Assembly (NCBI GenBank): GCA_016125075.1
Contig: WGMO01000020.1
Span: forward strand, 27,852 to 91,851
DNA: 64,000 bases
Reading direction: 5' to 3'
Source: Terrimonas sp.
Lineage (GTDB): Bacteria > Bacteroidota > Bacteroidia > Chitinophagales > Chitinophagaceae
Shown here: one piece after another, positions 47,491 to 56,263 of the stretch
How the letters are laid out: each line of letters begins with the position of its first letter
Position numbering within the stretch: position 1 is the first letter of the stretch
Notes under the pieces: generated by a model
Seen by the model: the letters and a program-made list of their open reading frames with translations, nothing else
Told to the model about the DNA's origin: nothing
Database searches by the model: none
Made by a program: the position numbers and the translations under genes

Positions 47491-49065
47491 TTAATTAAGT
47501 CCCATGGCATCAACATAAATCGTAAATCCACCGGTGCCGCTAAATTCCTGTATCCAAATTTCACTCATCGTGGATGATGCTGTCAGTGTGGAAATGGGGA
47601 TAGCATAATCAGTCCAAACACCTTCCACCACATTAAAGTTAAATTGTCCGTTTGTGCCATTAATTCCAACGGTAACGGTTTTGCCTCCGCTGCCGGGTGC
47701 TCCGTACACCGATAATTTAAAAGTCGTATAGGGGGTCATATCAATATTAGCACCACCCAGTTGTAATGGGGAACCATACCCGCCTACATAATCAATTTTT
47801 ATCGACTTAGTCCCTTCCCGTACCGGAGAAGTGTTATTATAGTCTGCTGCACCACCCCATCCACCACCTATCCAACCTGTACTTGTCCAGTTAGAAGTTA
47901 CTGCATCATTATAAAAAGGGAGTGCAACAACCGGTGGCGGGGCACTACCCAGTACTTCCAAAACGTCAGCAGATTGAACCGTTACAGTAGAATTTAATAC
48001 ACCCAGCGTAATATTCCCCCTTAAAATACCCATCGGAACTGTTACCACTATCTGTGTGGCAGTCTGGCTAACAAATGATGTTACGGGAGCAGCGTTTTCA
48101 AAAGTTATCGATGTAACCAAATCCAGGTTGGTACCGGTGATCGTTAAATCGGTACCCGGATCCACCGGGTTAGGGGTCATGGTAGCCACTGACGGTAAAA
48201 TCAAATCAAGGTCCGTCGGCGAATCCGTACTGACTTCAGAAGCTGCCACCAACTTAATTTTCCCTTTTTTGGTGCCGGCCGGAACTTTTAAAACCAATTG
48301 AGTAGCCGTTTGGCTGATAAAGCTGGTTACCGGTGTACTCACCCCGGTAAATATTATTTTTTTGGCAAGATCAAGATCCGTACCGGTAATGGTAAGATCG
48401 GTTTGATGAAGAATAGGATTGGGTGCTAAGGATGTGGCGACTGGCAATGTCACCCGCAAAGTATCGTCGGTTTGAAAATCAGACGAATCAGTACCTCCAT
48501 AAAAAATCAACAGGGGACCCGTTTCCGCATCATCGGGAACTGTTACCACCAGTTGGTCGAAGGCTTTGCTGACGAAAGAAGTCACTTCCTTATCATTGGC
48601 AAAAACGACCTTTTGTACCCAGTTAAGATAAGCGCCCGAAATGGTAACGTTGGCACCGGGTCGGGCCTGGTTAGTAAAAGAGGTGACGGTGGTGGTTACA
48701 TCCAGGTTTAGCTGGGTTTTTGTAATAATATCACCCTGTGGCGTCTTCAGGGTCACATAGCCTTTTTCAGCGGCCTGTGGCACAATCACAAGAATAAGCT
48801 CTGATGTTTGAATTTTGAAATCCACCTGTGTTATTTCAGCAGCTGCACCTCCGGTAAATTCAATAGAAGTGACCTTGTCAAGATTATTTCCGATAAACCT
48901 CAGTGTATCGCCATGCCGGGCCCCCGTTGGCCCAAAACTTAATAGCTCAATTAAGTTTGATTGCCCGTTTTTTTCTTTTTTGCATCCTATCATCGTAGCA
49001 ACCAAAAAAGCGATAAGGAGCAGGGAAGAAAATATTTTAAGATTTTTATTGTTCATCGCTATCAT
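47491..49065 (-). CDS. surface lipoprotein with four IPT/TIG-like repeats and a C-terminal beta-sandwich (putative glycan-binding protein)
   Basis: 524 aa with lipobox TMIGC. The repeated modules read ...TDLTITGT(D/N)LDL...VTSF(I/V)SQTATQ(L/I)V(L/V)(K/T)VP. The tail is Trp/Gly-rich (WTSTGWIGGGWGG). Confidence 0.75.
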   Translation of the reverse strand: MIAMNNKNLKIFSSLLLIAFLVATMIGCKKEKNGQSNLIELLSFGPTGARHGDTLRFIGNNLDKVTSIEFTGGAAAEITQVDFKIQTSELILVIVPQAAEKGYVTLKTPQGDIITKTQLNLDVTTTVTSFTNQARPGANVTISGAYLNWVQKVVFANDKEVTSFVSKAFDQLVVTVPDDAETGPLLIFYGGTDSSDFQTDDTLRVTLPVATSLAPNPILHQTDLTITGTDLDLAKKIIFTGVSTPVTSFISQTATQLVLKVPAGTKKGKIKLVAASEVSTDSPTDLDLILPSVATMTPNPVDPGTDLTITGTNLDLVTSITFENAAPVTSFVSQTATQIVVTVPMGILRGNITLGVLNSTVTVQSADVLEVLGSAPPPVVALPFYNDAVTSNWTSTGWIGGGWGGAADYNNTSPVREGTKSIKIDYVGGYGSPLQLGGANIDMTPYTTFKLSVYGAPGSGGKTVTVGINGTNGQFNFNVVEGVWTDYAIPISTLTASSTMSEIWIQEFSGTGGFTIYVDAMGLN

Positions 49066-49091
49066 TTTTAATTACTGGCTTAATGAATATA

Positions 49092-50240
49092 TTATTGAAT
49101 GACCTTTGAAACGACCCGGAGGTTATCAAAGGCAATATCTGCATTTAAAGAACCCGGCCCATGAAACCAAATTTTGACGCCATACCCCTGAGGCCTAACC
49201 CCCCAATTCGTAACATAATGGGCTACAACATTCTCAAACGGAATGCTCACGGTTTGCCATTTTCCCTTCGTATCAAAGGGTGGTTCCCAGAAATAAGGTT
49301 CATTGTCCCAACTGGGGTCCGGTCCATTCACTTGCCCAATCATGAACTTGATCCTGTTCCCATTATAGGGTAACAGCGTATTGATCTCAAATTTCATATT
49401 GTATTTTGAGGGATTCAGCACTGCATCATCGGGCAGGTTATGGCTTGTAGACAAGGCATCTTCTTTGCCACCGATCCATTCTGTCCAACCCCAGGAACCA
49501 ATCGTTTGGGTGATCCTAGTAAAATTCCCGTTAATGGCAAGGGGATCTGATGCGTCAACAACAAGGTTTTGTCCCCACCAGCCAGACCAGGGGTCATTGG
49601 TAATTAGCATATTCCTGTTATCCCTGAACCAGAAATTAGATTTAGTGGCACCAAAATTTGTGGTAACGGTAACCTGGCCCGGAAGTGCACCGGCTGGAAT
49701 ACGAACCTGTATTTCCTGGTCACTCACTTCCACCAATTCTCCTGTAACACCGCCTTCAAATGTAACAGTCAGGGGTTCATAGAAATAGTTCCCCCTGATA
49801 ATAGCAACATCTCCTTCTTTTACATATTCACAATCCATGCTATTCACTACGGGTTCACTTATTTGAACCTGGAAGTCATATAATAATTCATACCCATTTT
49901 TAAAAATAATCTTAATCTTATTTGAAATAGTGATGGGTATCTGACTGGGCACAGACACCAGCAGCGAAGTATTGGTAATATACGTAGGCGTTAACCTTGC
50001 CATCTGATCATTAAACCATACCTGTACAGCATCCTGCAGGTTTTCTCCGACAATGGCAATCAGTTGACCCTGACCGGCACCTACCAGCAGTGAATCGGAG
50101 GATTCCGGTGCTGTAATCCGTACATACCTGATTCGGGGTTCGCCATTATTGGGTAAATCATCCTTCCCGCAGGAAGAGAATAAACCCATGGTAAAGAGGG
50201 TGGCGAGGAGGAGCAGTGATAGATTATTTAAAGATTTCAT
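49092..50240 (-). CDS. surface lipoprotein with two IPT/TIG-like repeats and a C-terminal putative carbohydrate-binding domain
   Basis: 382 aa with lipobox FSSCG. IPT-like segments are LIAIVGENLQDAVQVWFND and VAIIRGNYFYEPLTVTFEG. It lies immediately downstream of susD. Confidence 0.7.
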   Translation of the reverse strand: MKSLNNLSLLLLATLFTMGLFSSCGKDDLPNNGEPRIRYVRITAPESSDSLLVGAGQGQLIAIVGENLQDAVQVWFNDQMARLTPTYITNTSLLVSVPSQIPITISNKIKIIFKNGYELLYDFQVQISEPVVNSMDCEYVKEGDVAIIRGNYFYEPLTVTFEGGVTGELVEVSDQEIQVRIPAGALPGQVTVTTNFGATKSNFWFRDNRNMLITNDPWSGWWGQNLVVDASDPLAINGNFTRITQTIGSWGWTEWIGGKEDALSTSHNLPDDAVLNPSKYNMKFEINTLLPYNGNRIKFMIGQVNGPDPSWDNEPYFWEPPFDTKGKWQTVSIPFENVVAHYVTNWGVRPQGYGVKIWFHGPGSLNADIAFDNLRVVSKVIQ

Positions 50241-50276
50241 TTGATTTTTATTTACATTCTTTAATATATCAACAGG

Positions 50277-51968
50277 TTATGGATAGTCTACCGGTGGCTT
50301 CTGCAGATTAGGTGCCTGACTCAATTCCGCATTGGGAATGGGGAGCAGGAAATTTCCATCATTCGCATTTATATTTCTTTCAGAAAACCAGGAAGTCTTT
50401 GTAAAACTCCACTCTGTAGGATTCGGCATTTGATCAGGTGCTGTAAAGAATAAACCCCTGTCCTGAGCATTGAGAATATCATAGGCTTTTTGGGGGTTCC
50501 AGTAATGCAGCCTTACCAGGTCATACCAGGACATCCCTTCCATGGCAAATTCCTTAAACCGCTCCGAGAAGACCTTGTCCAATGTAAGAGGACCGCTACC
50601 GTTCACGCCACCCACTTCATAGGGAGGGAGACCTGCCCTTGTATGCACCGCATTGAAATATTCAACTGCTGTTGCATCGGTTGTGGAAGTATTATTACCA
50701 ATTGTGGCTTCTGCATATATTAGATACAATTCAGATAATCGTAACATGTAGGTGTCGTTAGGATAACGCTGCTGGGAAGCATTGGCGCCCCAATCGATTG
50801 GAGAACCGCAAACATATTTTTTAACCGCCAGGAAGTTTTGATCCGTTCCCGTAAAAGGATAGACCAGCTTTGTCCGGTCGGAAACTTTGGTGATCTCTGG
50901 ATAAGAAAACCCGGGCAACATAAAGGTGGCATGTAAACGCTGATCCAGGGTCCGGCCTTTTATAGTACCATCTGTCTGTTCGGTAAATCCATCATACTGC
51001 TGAATAAGCCACCAGGTAGCCCCTTTGTCTCCACCCCAGCCACCAAAGGAGATGTCCGGGTTATAGGCAAGATATTCGGGCATGCTGTTGTTGGTACCCC
51101 ATTCACTGGTACCGGAAAACACCCATTGCAATTCAAAAAGCGATTCGTTATTATTATCATAAGGGTATTTAAACAGGTCCTCGTACTTATTAAGAAGTTT
51201 TTTACCGCTGTTATTGATTACCCTGGCGGCATAATATTTGGCGCTATCCAGGTATTCCTGTTTTCTAACAGTACCATTTGATTCAACACCAGCCCTTGTC
51301 AAATAAAACCGGGCCAGCATCCCCTCGGCCGACCATTTGGAAATTCTTCCTTCCTGTATGGGCGTTTCCGGTAAATCTTCAGCCACAGCCCTCATTTCTC
51401 GCGTAATAAATCTCCACACACTGGAAACTGTATTCCTTGTGATCGAGGTGTCAAACAACTGGTCAACATTATTTTCAATAATAGGAACCGGGCCCCAGTT
51501 CATTACCAGGAAACGATAGGCCAGCGCTCTCATGAACCTTGCCTCCGCAATGGCATTTTTCTTAATGGCAGGTGTAACATCCGGTCCGCCGTATTTTTCG
51601 ATATTATACAAAAACAGGTTGGACTGACCCACTACGTTGAAAAAGGCCCTCCAGGAAGCACCATTTTCACCATTGTCGCCGGTTGTATTGAACAATACAT
51701 TCCCCCGGTCATTCCAGGCAGAAAATGCCGTGCCTCCCCTGAAATCGCCAAGATTATACATGGCTTTGTCATTATAATCAAACCACACCCTGCTATACAG
51801 CAAACTGGTGGACGCCATCACCTGTTCATCATTTTTGTAAAAGTTGGCATCTACAATTGAGCTTAACGGGGGCTTATCCAAAAACTGCTTTTTACAACTT
51901 GCCAATGCCGATAGCACGACAACCAGAACGATGGTTATTTTGAATAGATTTATTTTTTTCATTTTCAT
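50277..51968 (-). CDS. susD: SusD/RagB-family nutrient-binding outer-membrane lipoprotein
   Basis: 563 aa with lipobox ALASC. It has TPR-like helical blocks (ARFMRALAYRFLV, LSELYLIYAEA) and starts 5 nt after susC. Confidence 0.9.
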   Translation of the reverse strand: MKMKKINLFKITIVLVVVLSALASCKKQFLDKPPLSSIVDANFYKNDEQVMASTSLLYSRVWFDYNDKAMYNLGDFRGGTAFSAWNDRGNVLFNTTGDNGENGASWRAFFNVVGQSNLFLYNIEKYGGPDVTPAIKKNAIAEARFMRALAYRFLVMNWGPVPIIENNVDQLFDTSITRNTVSSVWRFITREMRAVAEDLPETPIQEGRISKWSAEGMLARFYLTRAGVESNGTVRKQEYLDSAKYYAARVINNSGKKLLNKYEDLFKYPYDNNNESLFELQWVFSGTSEWGTNNSMPEYLAYNPDISFGGWGGDKGATWWLIQQYDGFTEQTDGTIKGRTLDQRLHATFMLPGFSYPEITKVSDRTKLVYPFTGTDQNFLAVKKYVCGSPIDWGANASQQRYPNDTYMLRLSELYLIYAEATIGNNTSTTDATAVEYFNAVHTRAGLPPYEVGGVNGSGPLTLDKVFSERFKEFAMEGMSWYDLVRLHYWNPQKAYDILNAQDRGLFFTAPDQMPNPTEWSFTKTSWFSERNINANDGNFLLPIPNAELSQAPNLQKPPVDYP

Positions 51969-51973
51969 ACTGA

Positions 51974-54900
51974 TTAGAAGTTAATGCTAAAAGATGCCGT
52001 ATAAATGGGCGTTAATGGATACCTGCCAAAATCAATACCGATGGCCTGGTTGGCGGAACTGGAGCCTGTGCCTACATATGCACCAATCTCCGGATCAAAC
52101 CCTTTGTATTTTGTAAACGTGTAAATGTTTTGAACACCTATTGTTGCTTTAGCGCCTTTGACTGCTTTTAACTTCCTGAAAATTTCTGTGGGGAAGTTAT
52201 AAGAAAGGGAAATATTCTTTATCCTGACATAAGAGCCATCTTCTACAAACCTGGAGGTGATTTTCCCAAAATTATTGTCTGACGATATCGGGTTATTGGA
52301 AATCCTGGGTATAGTAGTACCGGGATTTAAAAGAGCCACTTCTCCATTCTTTTCCGTTAATTTGGCATACTCCATTGTCGACAATAAAAAGTTCCTGCTA
52401 AGGTTTACATTATTGGGGTTACTGTTAGCAGCAGCTGTAAAATTGTAAATATCATTCCCAAAAGTTGCCGTAACCAAAATGCTCAAATCAAAATTCTTAT
52501 AAGAAAATGAGTTTGTTAAACCACCTGAAAGTTTGGGCCAGGGGTTACCAATATTCGTTTGGTCGTTGATATCAATAATGCCATCCCCATTTATATCCCT
52601 GTATTTGACATCCCCCACCCAAATACCATTTTGTTCATCTATCGGTCTTCTTACGCCATTATTATCAACCGGTACCGCACTATTGGCAATTTCATCAATA
52701 GATTGAAACAGGCCTTCTTCAATATATCCCCTGAACAACCAGGGCTGGAATCCAATGGCAGCACGCTGCGTCCAGTTATTCATCCACCAGGAATTTCTTT
52801 CAATAAATGCATTCCCCGAATTCAAAGATTCTACGATGCTTTTAAATGAGGAAATATTAAAGTTTGTTTCCCATTTAAACCCATTCTTCAATCGCATGTT
52901 CGTAGAATTAATCGTCAGGTTCCATCCATTTGTTTTCAAAGACCCTGCATTCACTAATGGAGCACCAACCGAACCGGGGCTACCATTTGTTCCCAAATAC
53001 CAGGGGAGGCTTGCATTCATCAGCAGGTTATCTGTATTTTTTCTATAAAAGTCTGCTTCAATCGAAATCCTGTTTTTCAAAATACCGAGGTTGAAACCAA
53101 AATTGTTTGTCTTCGTTTCTTCCCATTGTAATTTCGGGTTTGTAAATGTAGAAGGCAGGAATCCTGTTCCCCAGGGTGTTGGGCCCGTGGATAAGGCAGC
53201 AAATATACCAGAACCATTACCCTGGTTACCGGTTAACCCGGTTTCATACCGCAACTTCAATTCGCTGATAAAAGGTATCTTAAAGAATTCTTCCTGGCTA
53301 ACCCTCCAGGCGGCAGAGATGGAAGGGAAATTACCCCATCTGTTATCCGATCCAAAATTCGGAGATCCATCCCTTCTCATGGAAGCCGTTAATAAATAAC
53401 GGTTATCATAGTTATAGTTAAACCGTCCCAGGTAAGACTCCATTGACCAGGGATAGGTGCCTCCACCATTGGTAGCCGTTAGGGGGTCACCGGCATTCAC
53501 ATCAAATATATCATTGGTTAAAAACCCTGTTCTGGTTGCCGACAGGGCCTTATATTCTGATTCCTGTGCCTCATGGCTCACCATCAGGTTAAAATTATGC
53601 TTGCCGATCTGTTTTGAATATTCAAGCAACTGGTTCCAGTTCCAATACCAGCTGGTATAAGTGCCGCTTTGAAGAGAGGCGATTGAATTATAATGCCATT
53701 GGTCAATCTGGTAGGTAGGGGTATAATAGGTAGAGACCCCGTTCCCGGTATTGGCATTGACCGATGTTCTGAACACCAAACCCTTGGTGATATTAATACC
53801 CAGGTTTAAGCCACCCAAAAACTGTCTTTTGGTGTTTTTATTGGTGATCAGGTTTGCAAGGGCAATCGGGTTGATAGGTGCATACTGGTTGGCACCATTC
53901 ACCGGGTCGCTGCCTCCCCAGGAACCATTCAGGTTTTTGACCGGGATCTGGGGGGTCAGTCGCAATGCATTGGCGATAAGCGGGCTTTCTGCATTGCCAT
54001 AATTTGTGGTAACAAGATTTTCATTGGTCTGGTTATAACTCAGGTTCACACCCAGTGTGACCCAATCTCTTGGTTTATTATCAACATTCAGCCGGAAACC
54101 ATACCTTTTGAAACCAGAACCCTCCGCCACACCATCCTGGTTTAAATATTCACCGGATAAATAATAAGTGGTACTGTTATTACCACCACTTAAATTGATT
54201 TGGTGCTTATCCATCGCAGCATTATTAAAGAGTTCTTTCTGCCAGTCGGTACCTTTTCCCAATAATGATGGATCTAGGAATTCCTGAGGGGTGGTACCCC
54301 CTGCCAGCAGGTGATACTCTTTTACCATTTGCGCATACTGCTGCAGGTTCATCACATCGAGGTGCTTGGGAGGCGTCTGGATATTATGCTGAAAAGAATA
54401 ATTGATTTTCACATCTCCCGCCTTACCCCTTTTTGTTGTTACGAGTATGACGCCATTACTCGCCCTTGAACCATAGATTGCCGTGGCAGAAGGCCCCTGG
54501 AGTATCTGGATATCTTCGATATCAGATGGGTTGAGACCAGCCAATGGGCTTGAAGAGCTTGTATTGCCATAAGAAACATCCTCGCTGGATTGAATCTGTA
54601 CACCATCAATGACATATAAAGGCTGGGTGGCATTGAGTGAACTGATACCCCGAATATTTACAGAAATACCACCACCCGGCTGGCCTGAGTTTTGTGTAAC
54701 ATACACACCGGCAGCCCGGCCCTGTATGGCCTGTTCAATAGTGGTATTGACCGTTTTATTGATCTCGGCAGCCGAAACAGAAGTTTGTGCTGTTGTTAAA
54801 TTTGCTTTTCTCGCTTTACCATACCCTACCACAACCACTTCATTCAGCCGGGTATCTGTAACTTCAAGCGTTACCAGCAAATTGGTTTTACCAGCAATAG

Positions 54901-55162
54901 ATACTACCATGTCTTTGGTGCCAACATAAGAAATGATCAAACTGCTGGTACCGGAAGGAACCGTTAATTTAAATGCCCCATTGGCATCGGTAACGGCCGC
55001 TGCTTTTCCACCCTGGACAGAAATGGTTGCACTCGCAAGCGGAGCACCATTTTGGTCAGAGATAACACCCGTAATGACTTTGTCTTGGGCAAATGCACTA
55101 AGGATGGAGAATGCAAATAGCAGGAAGCCAAACGCTTCTTTGTAAAAAATTCGTTTTCTCAT
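51974..55162 (-). CDS. susC: SusC/RagA-family TonB-dependent transporter
   Basis: It has a carboxypeptidase-regulatory-like N-domain (ITGVISDQNGAPLASATISV) and plug block (VVVGYGKARK...IQGRAAGV), and ends in the C-terminal aromatic TASFSINF. The start is set at ATG 55162 (MRKRIF) because the upstream ATG 55183 lies in the candidate -7 box. Confidence 0.9.
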   Translation of the reverse strand: MRKRIFYKEAFGFLLFAFSILSAFAQDKVITGVISDQNGAPLASATISVQGGKAAAVTDANGAFKLTVPSGTSSLIISYVGTKDMVVSIAGKTNLLVTLEVTDTRLNEVVVVGYGKARKANLTTAQTSVSAAEINKTVNTTIEQAIQGRAAGVYVTQNSGQPGGGISVNIRGISSLNATQPLYVIDGVQIQSSEDVSYGNTSSSSPLAGLNPSDIEDIQILQGPSATAIYGSRASNGVILVTTKRGKAGDVKINYSFQHNIQTPPKHLDVMNLQQYAQMVKEYHLLAGGTTPQEFLDPSLLGKGTDWQKELFNNAAMDKHQINLSGGNNSTTYYLSGEYLNQDGVAEGSGFKRYGFRLNVDNKPRDWVTLGVNLSYNQTNENLVTTNYGNAESPLIANALRLTPQIPVKNLNGSWGGSDPVNGANQYAPINPIALANLITNKNTKRQFLGGLNLGINITKGLVFRTSVNANTGNGVSTYYTPTYQIDQWHYNSIASLQSGTYTSWYWNWNQLLEYSKQIGKHNFNLMVSHEAQESEYKALSATRTGFLTNDIFDVNAGDPLTATNGGGTYPWSMESYLGRFNYNYDNRYLLTASMRRDGSPNFGSDNRWGNFPSISAAWRVSQEEFFKIPFISELKLRYETGLTGNQGNGSGIFAALSTGPTPWGTGFLPSTFTNPKLQWEETKTNNFGFNLGILKNRISIEADFYRKNTDNLLMNASLPWYLGTNGSPGSVGAPLVNAGSLKTNGWNLTINSTNMRLKNGFKWETNFNISSFKSIVESLNSGNAFIERNSWWMNNWTQRAAIGFQPWLFRGYIEEGLFQSIDEIANSAVPVDNNGVRRPIDEQNGIWVGDVKYRDINGDGIIDINDQTNIGNPWPKLSGGLTNSFSYKNFDLSILVTATFGNDIYNFTAAANSNPNNVNLSRNFLLSTMEYAKLTEKNGEVALLNPGTTIPRISNNPISSDNNFGKITSRFVEDGSYVRIKNISLSYNFPTEIFRKLKAVKGAKATIGVQNIYTFTKYKGFDPEIGAYVGTGSSSANQAIGIDFGRYPLTPIYTASFSINF

Positions 55163-55180
55163 ATAGCAATCTTGTTTTAC

Positions 55181-55188
55181 CAAAACTA
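55181..55188 (-). promoter_or_regulatory. candidate -7 box (TAgtTTTG) for the susC operon
   Basis: The minus strand reads TAGTTTTG 18 nt upstream of ATG 55162. There is no -33 TTG at consensus spacing, which is consistent with an activator-dependent promoter. Confidence 0.45.
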
Positions 55189-55219
55189 ACTTAGTATATA
55201 ACCTATAACTAATATTTTT

Positions 55220-55241
55220 TTGACTATTTTTTGTCTATTTT
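55220..55241. promoter_or_regulatory. tandem direct repeat TTGACTATTTT / TTGTCTATTTT, candidate AraC-type activator site
   Basis: Two abutting 11-nt copies differ at one base. They lie about 32-60 nt upstream of the candidate susC -7 box, in the susC/araC divergent region. Confidence 0.35.
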
Positions 55242-55379
55242 ATACTTGTGGCAGATCAATTGAAATATAAAACCATGAAAATCATATTATTATTTTCCTA
55301 TAAATATTTTTTCGATTAAAAAATATTGATACTAATTTTACATTCGATTGCTAATTTTTAGTATCTCTGCATTCGCTGT

Positions 55380-56261
55380 ATGAAAAAAATGCTCCGCGAA
55401 ATAACGCCCTTGACCCAAAATGACTGTTTTACGCTTTTTTCCCGGGTGAAGACGGAATTTGATTTCCCCTTACATTATCATGAAGAATTTGAATTGAATT
55501 TCATCCAAAACGCGAAGCATGCAAAACGGGTGATCGGTGATCATATCCAGGAAATAGATGATCTTGAACTGGTGCTGGTAGGTTCAAACCTGCAACACGC
55601 CTGGTTCACGCACAAGTGTAAAAGCAGTGATATCACCGAAATCACGATCCAGTTCCATAAGAATCTTTTGGATGAGAGTTTCCTCCGTCGTAACCAACTC
55701 AGTTTTATCAGGGCCATGTTTGAAAAATCGCAAAGGGGCATCCTCTTTTCCAGGGAGACCACCATTCAATTAGCGCCCAGGATAAAAGCACTCGGACAGA
55801 AACATGGTTTTGATTCCGTTCTGGAACTCTTTTCGATTTTGCATGATCTCTCCATTTCAAGAAATATGCAATTGTTGTCGGATTCCACTTTCAATTTCCA
55901 GGAATCCTACACTTATAATAACCGGCGCATCACAAAGGCCATTCAGTACCTGAACCAGAATTTTGACCGGCCCATCACCTTAAATGAAATTGCCAAACTG
56001 GCCAATATGTCTGATGTTTCATTCAGCCGGTATTTTAAACAAAGTACCGGCAACACCTTTATTGACAGTCTTAATGAAATCAGACTGGGGCATGCTTCCA
56101 GGATGCTGATCGACACAACTGACTCCATTGCGGAAATCGCCTACAACTGCGGTTTTAATAATATCTCGAATTTCAACCGCATCTTCAGGAAAAAGAAAAG
56201 TTGTACACCAAAAGAGTTCCGGGAAAGTTATAATACCTATGGTAGCCGGGTATTCATTTGA
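55380..56261 (+). CDS. AraC-family transcriptional regulator (cupin sensor plus HTH)
   Basis: 293 aa. The N-terminal cupin is FPLHYHEEFELNFI. The C-terminal double HTH is ITLNEIAKLANMSDVSFSRYFKQ...IAEIAYNCGFNNISNFNRIFRK. It is divergent from the PUL. Confidence 0.88.
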   Translation: MKKMLREITPLTQNDCFTLFSRVKTEFDFPLHYHEEFELNFIQNAKHAKRVIGDHIQEIDDLELVLVGSNLQHAWFTHKCKSSDITEITIQFHKNLLDESFLRRNQLSFIRAMFEKSQRGILFSRETTIQLAPRIKALGQKHGFDSVLELFSILHDLSISRNMQLLSDSTFNFQESYTYNNRRITKAIQYLNQNFDRPITLNEIAKLANMSDVSFSRYFKQSTGNTFIDSLNEIRLGHASRMLIDTTDSIAEIAYNCGFNNISNFNRIFRKKKSCTPKEFRESYNTYGSRVFI

Positions 56262-56263
56262 TC

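Noticed and set aside
55163-55183. Longer susC start (MVKQDCY...)
   Set aside because: The ATG at 55183 overlaps the candidate -7 box (55181-55188). MRKRIF at 55162 begins a normal signal peptide.
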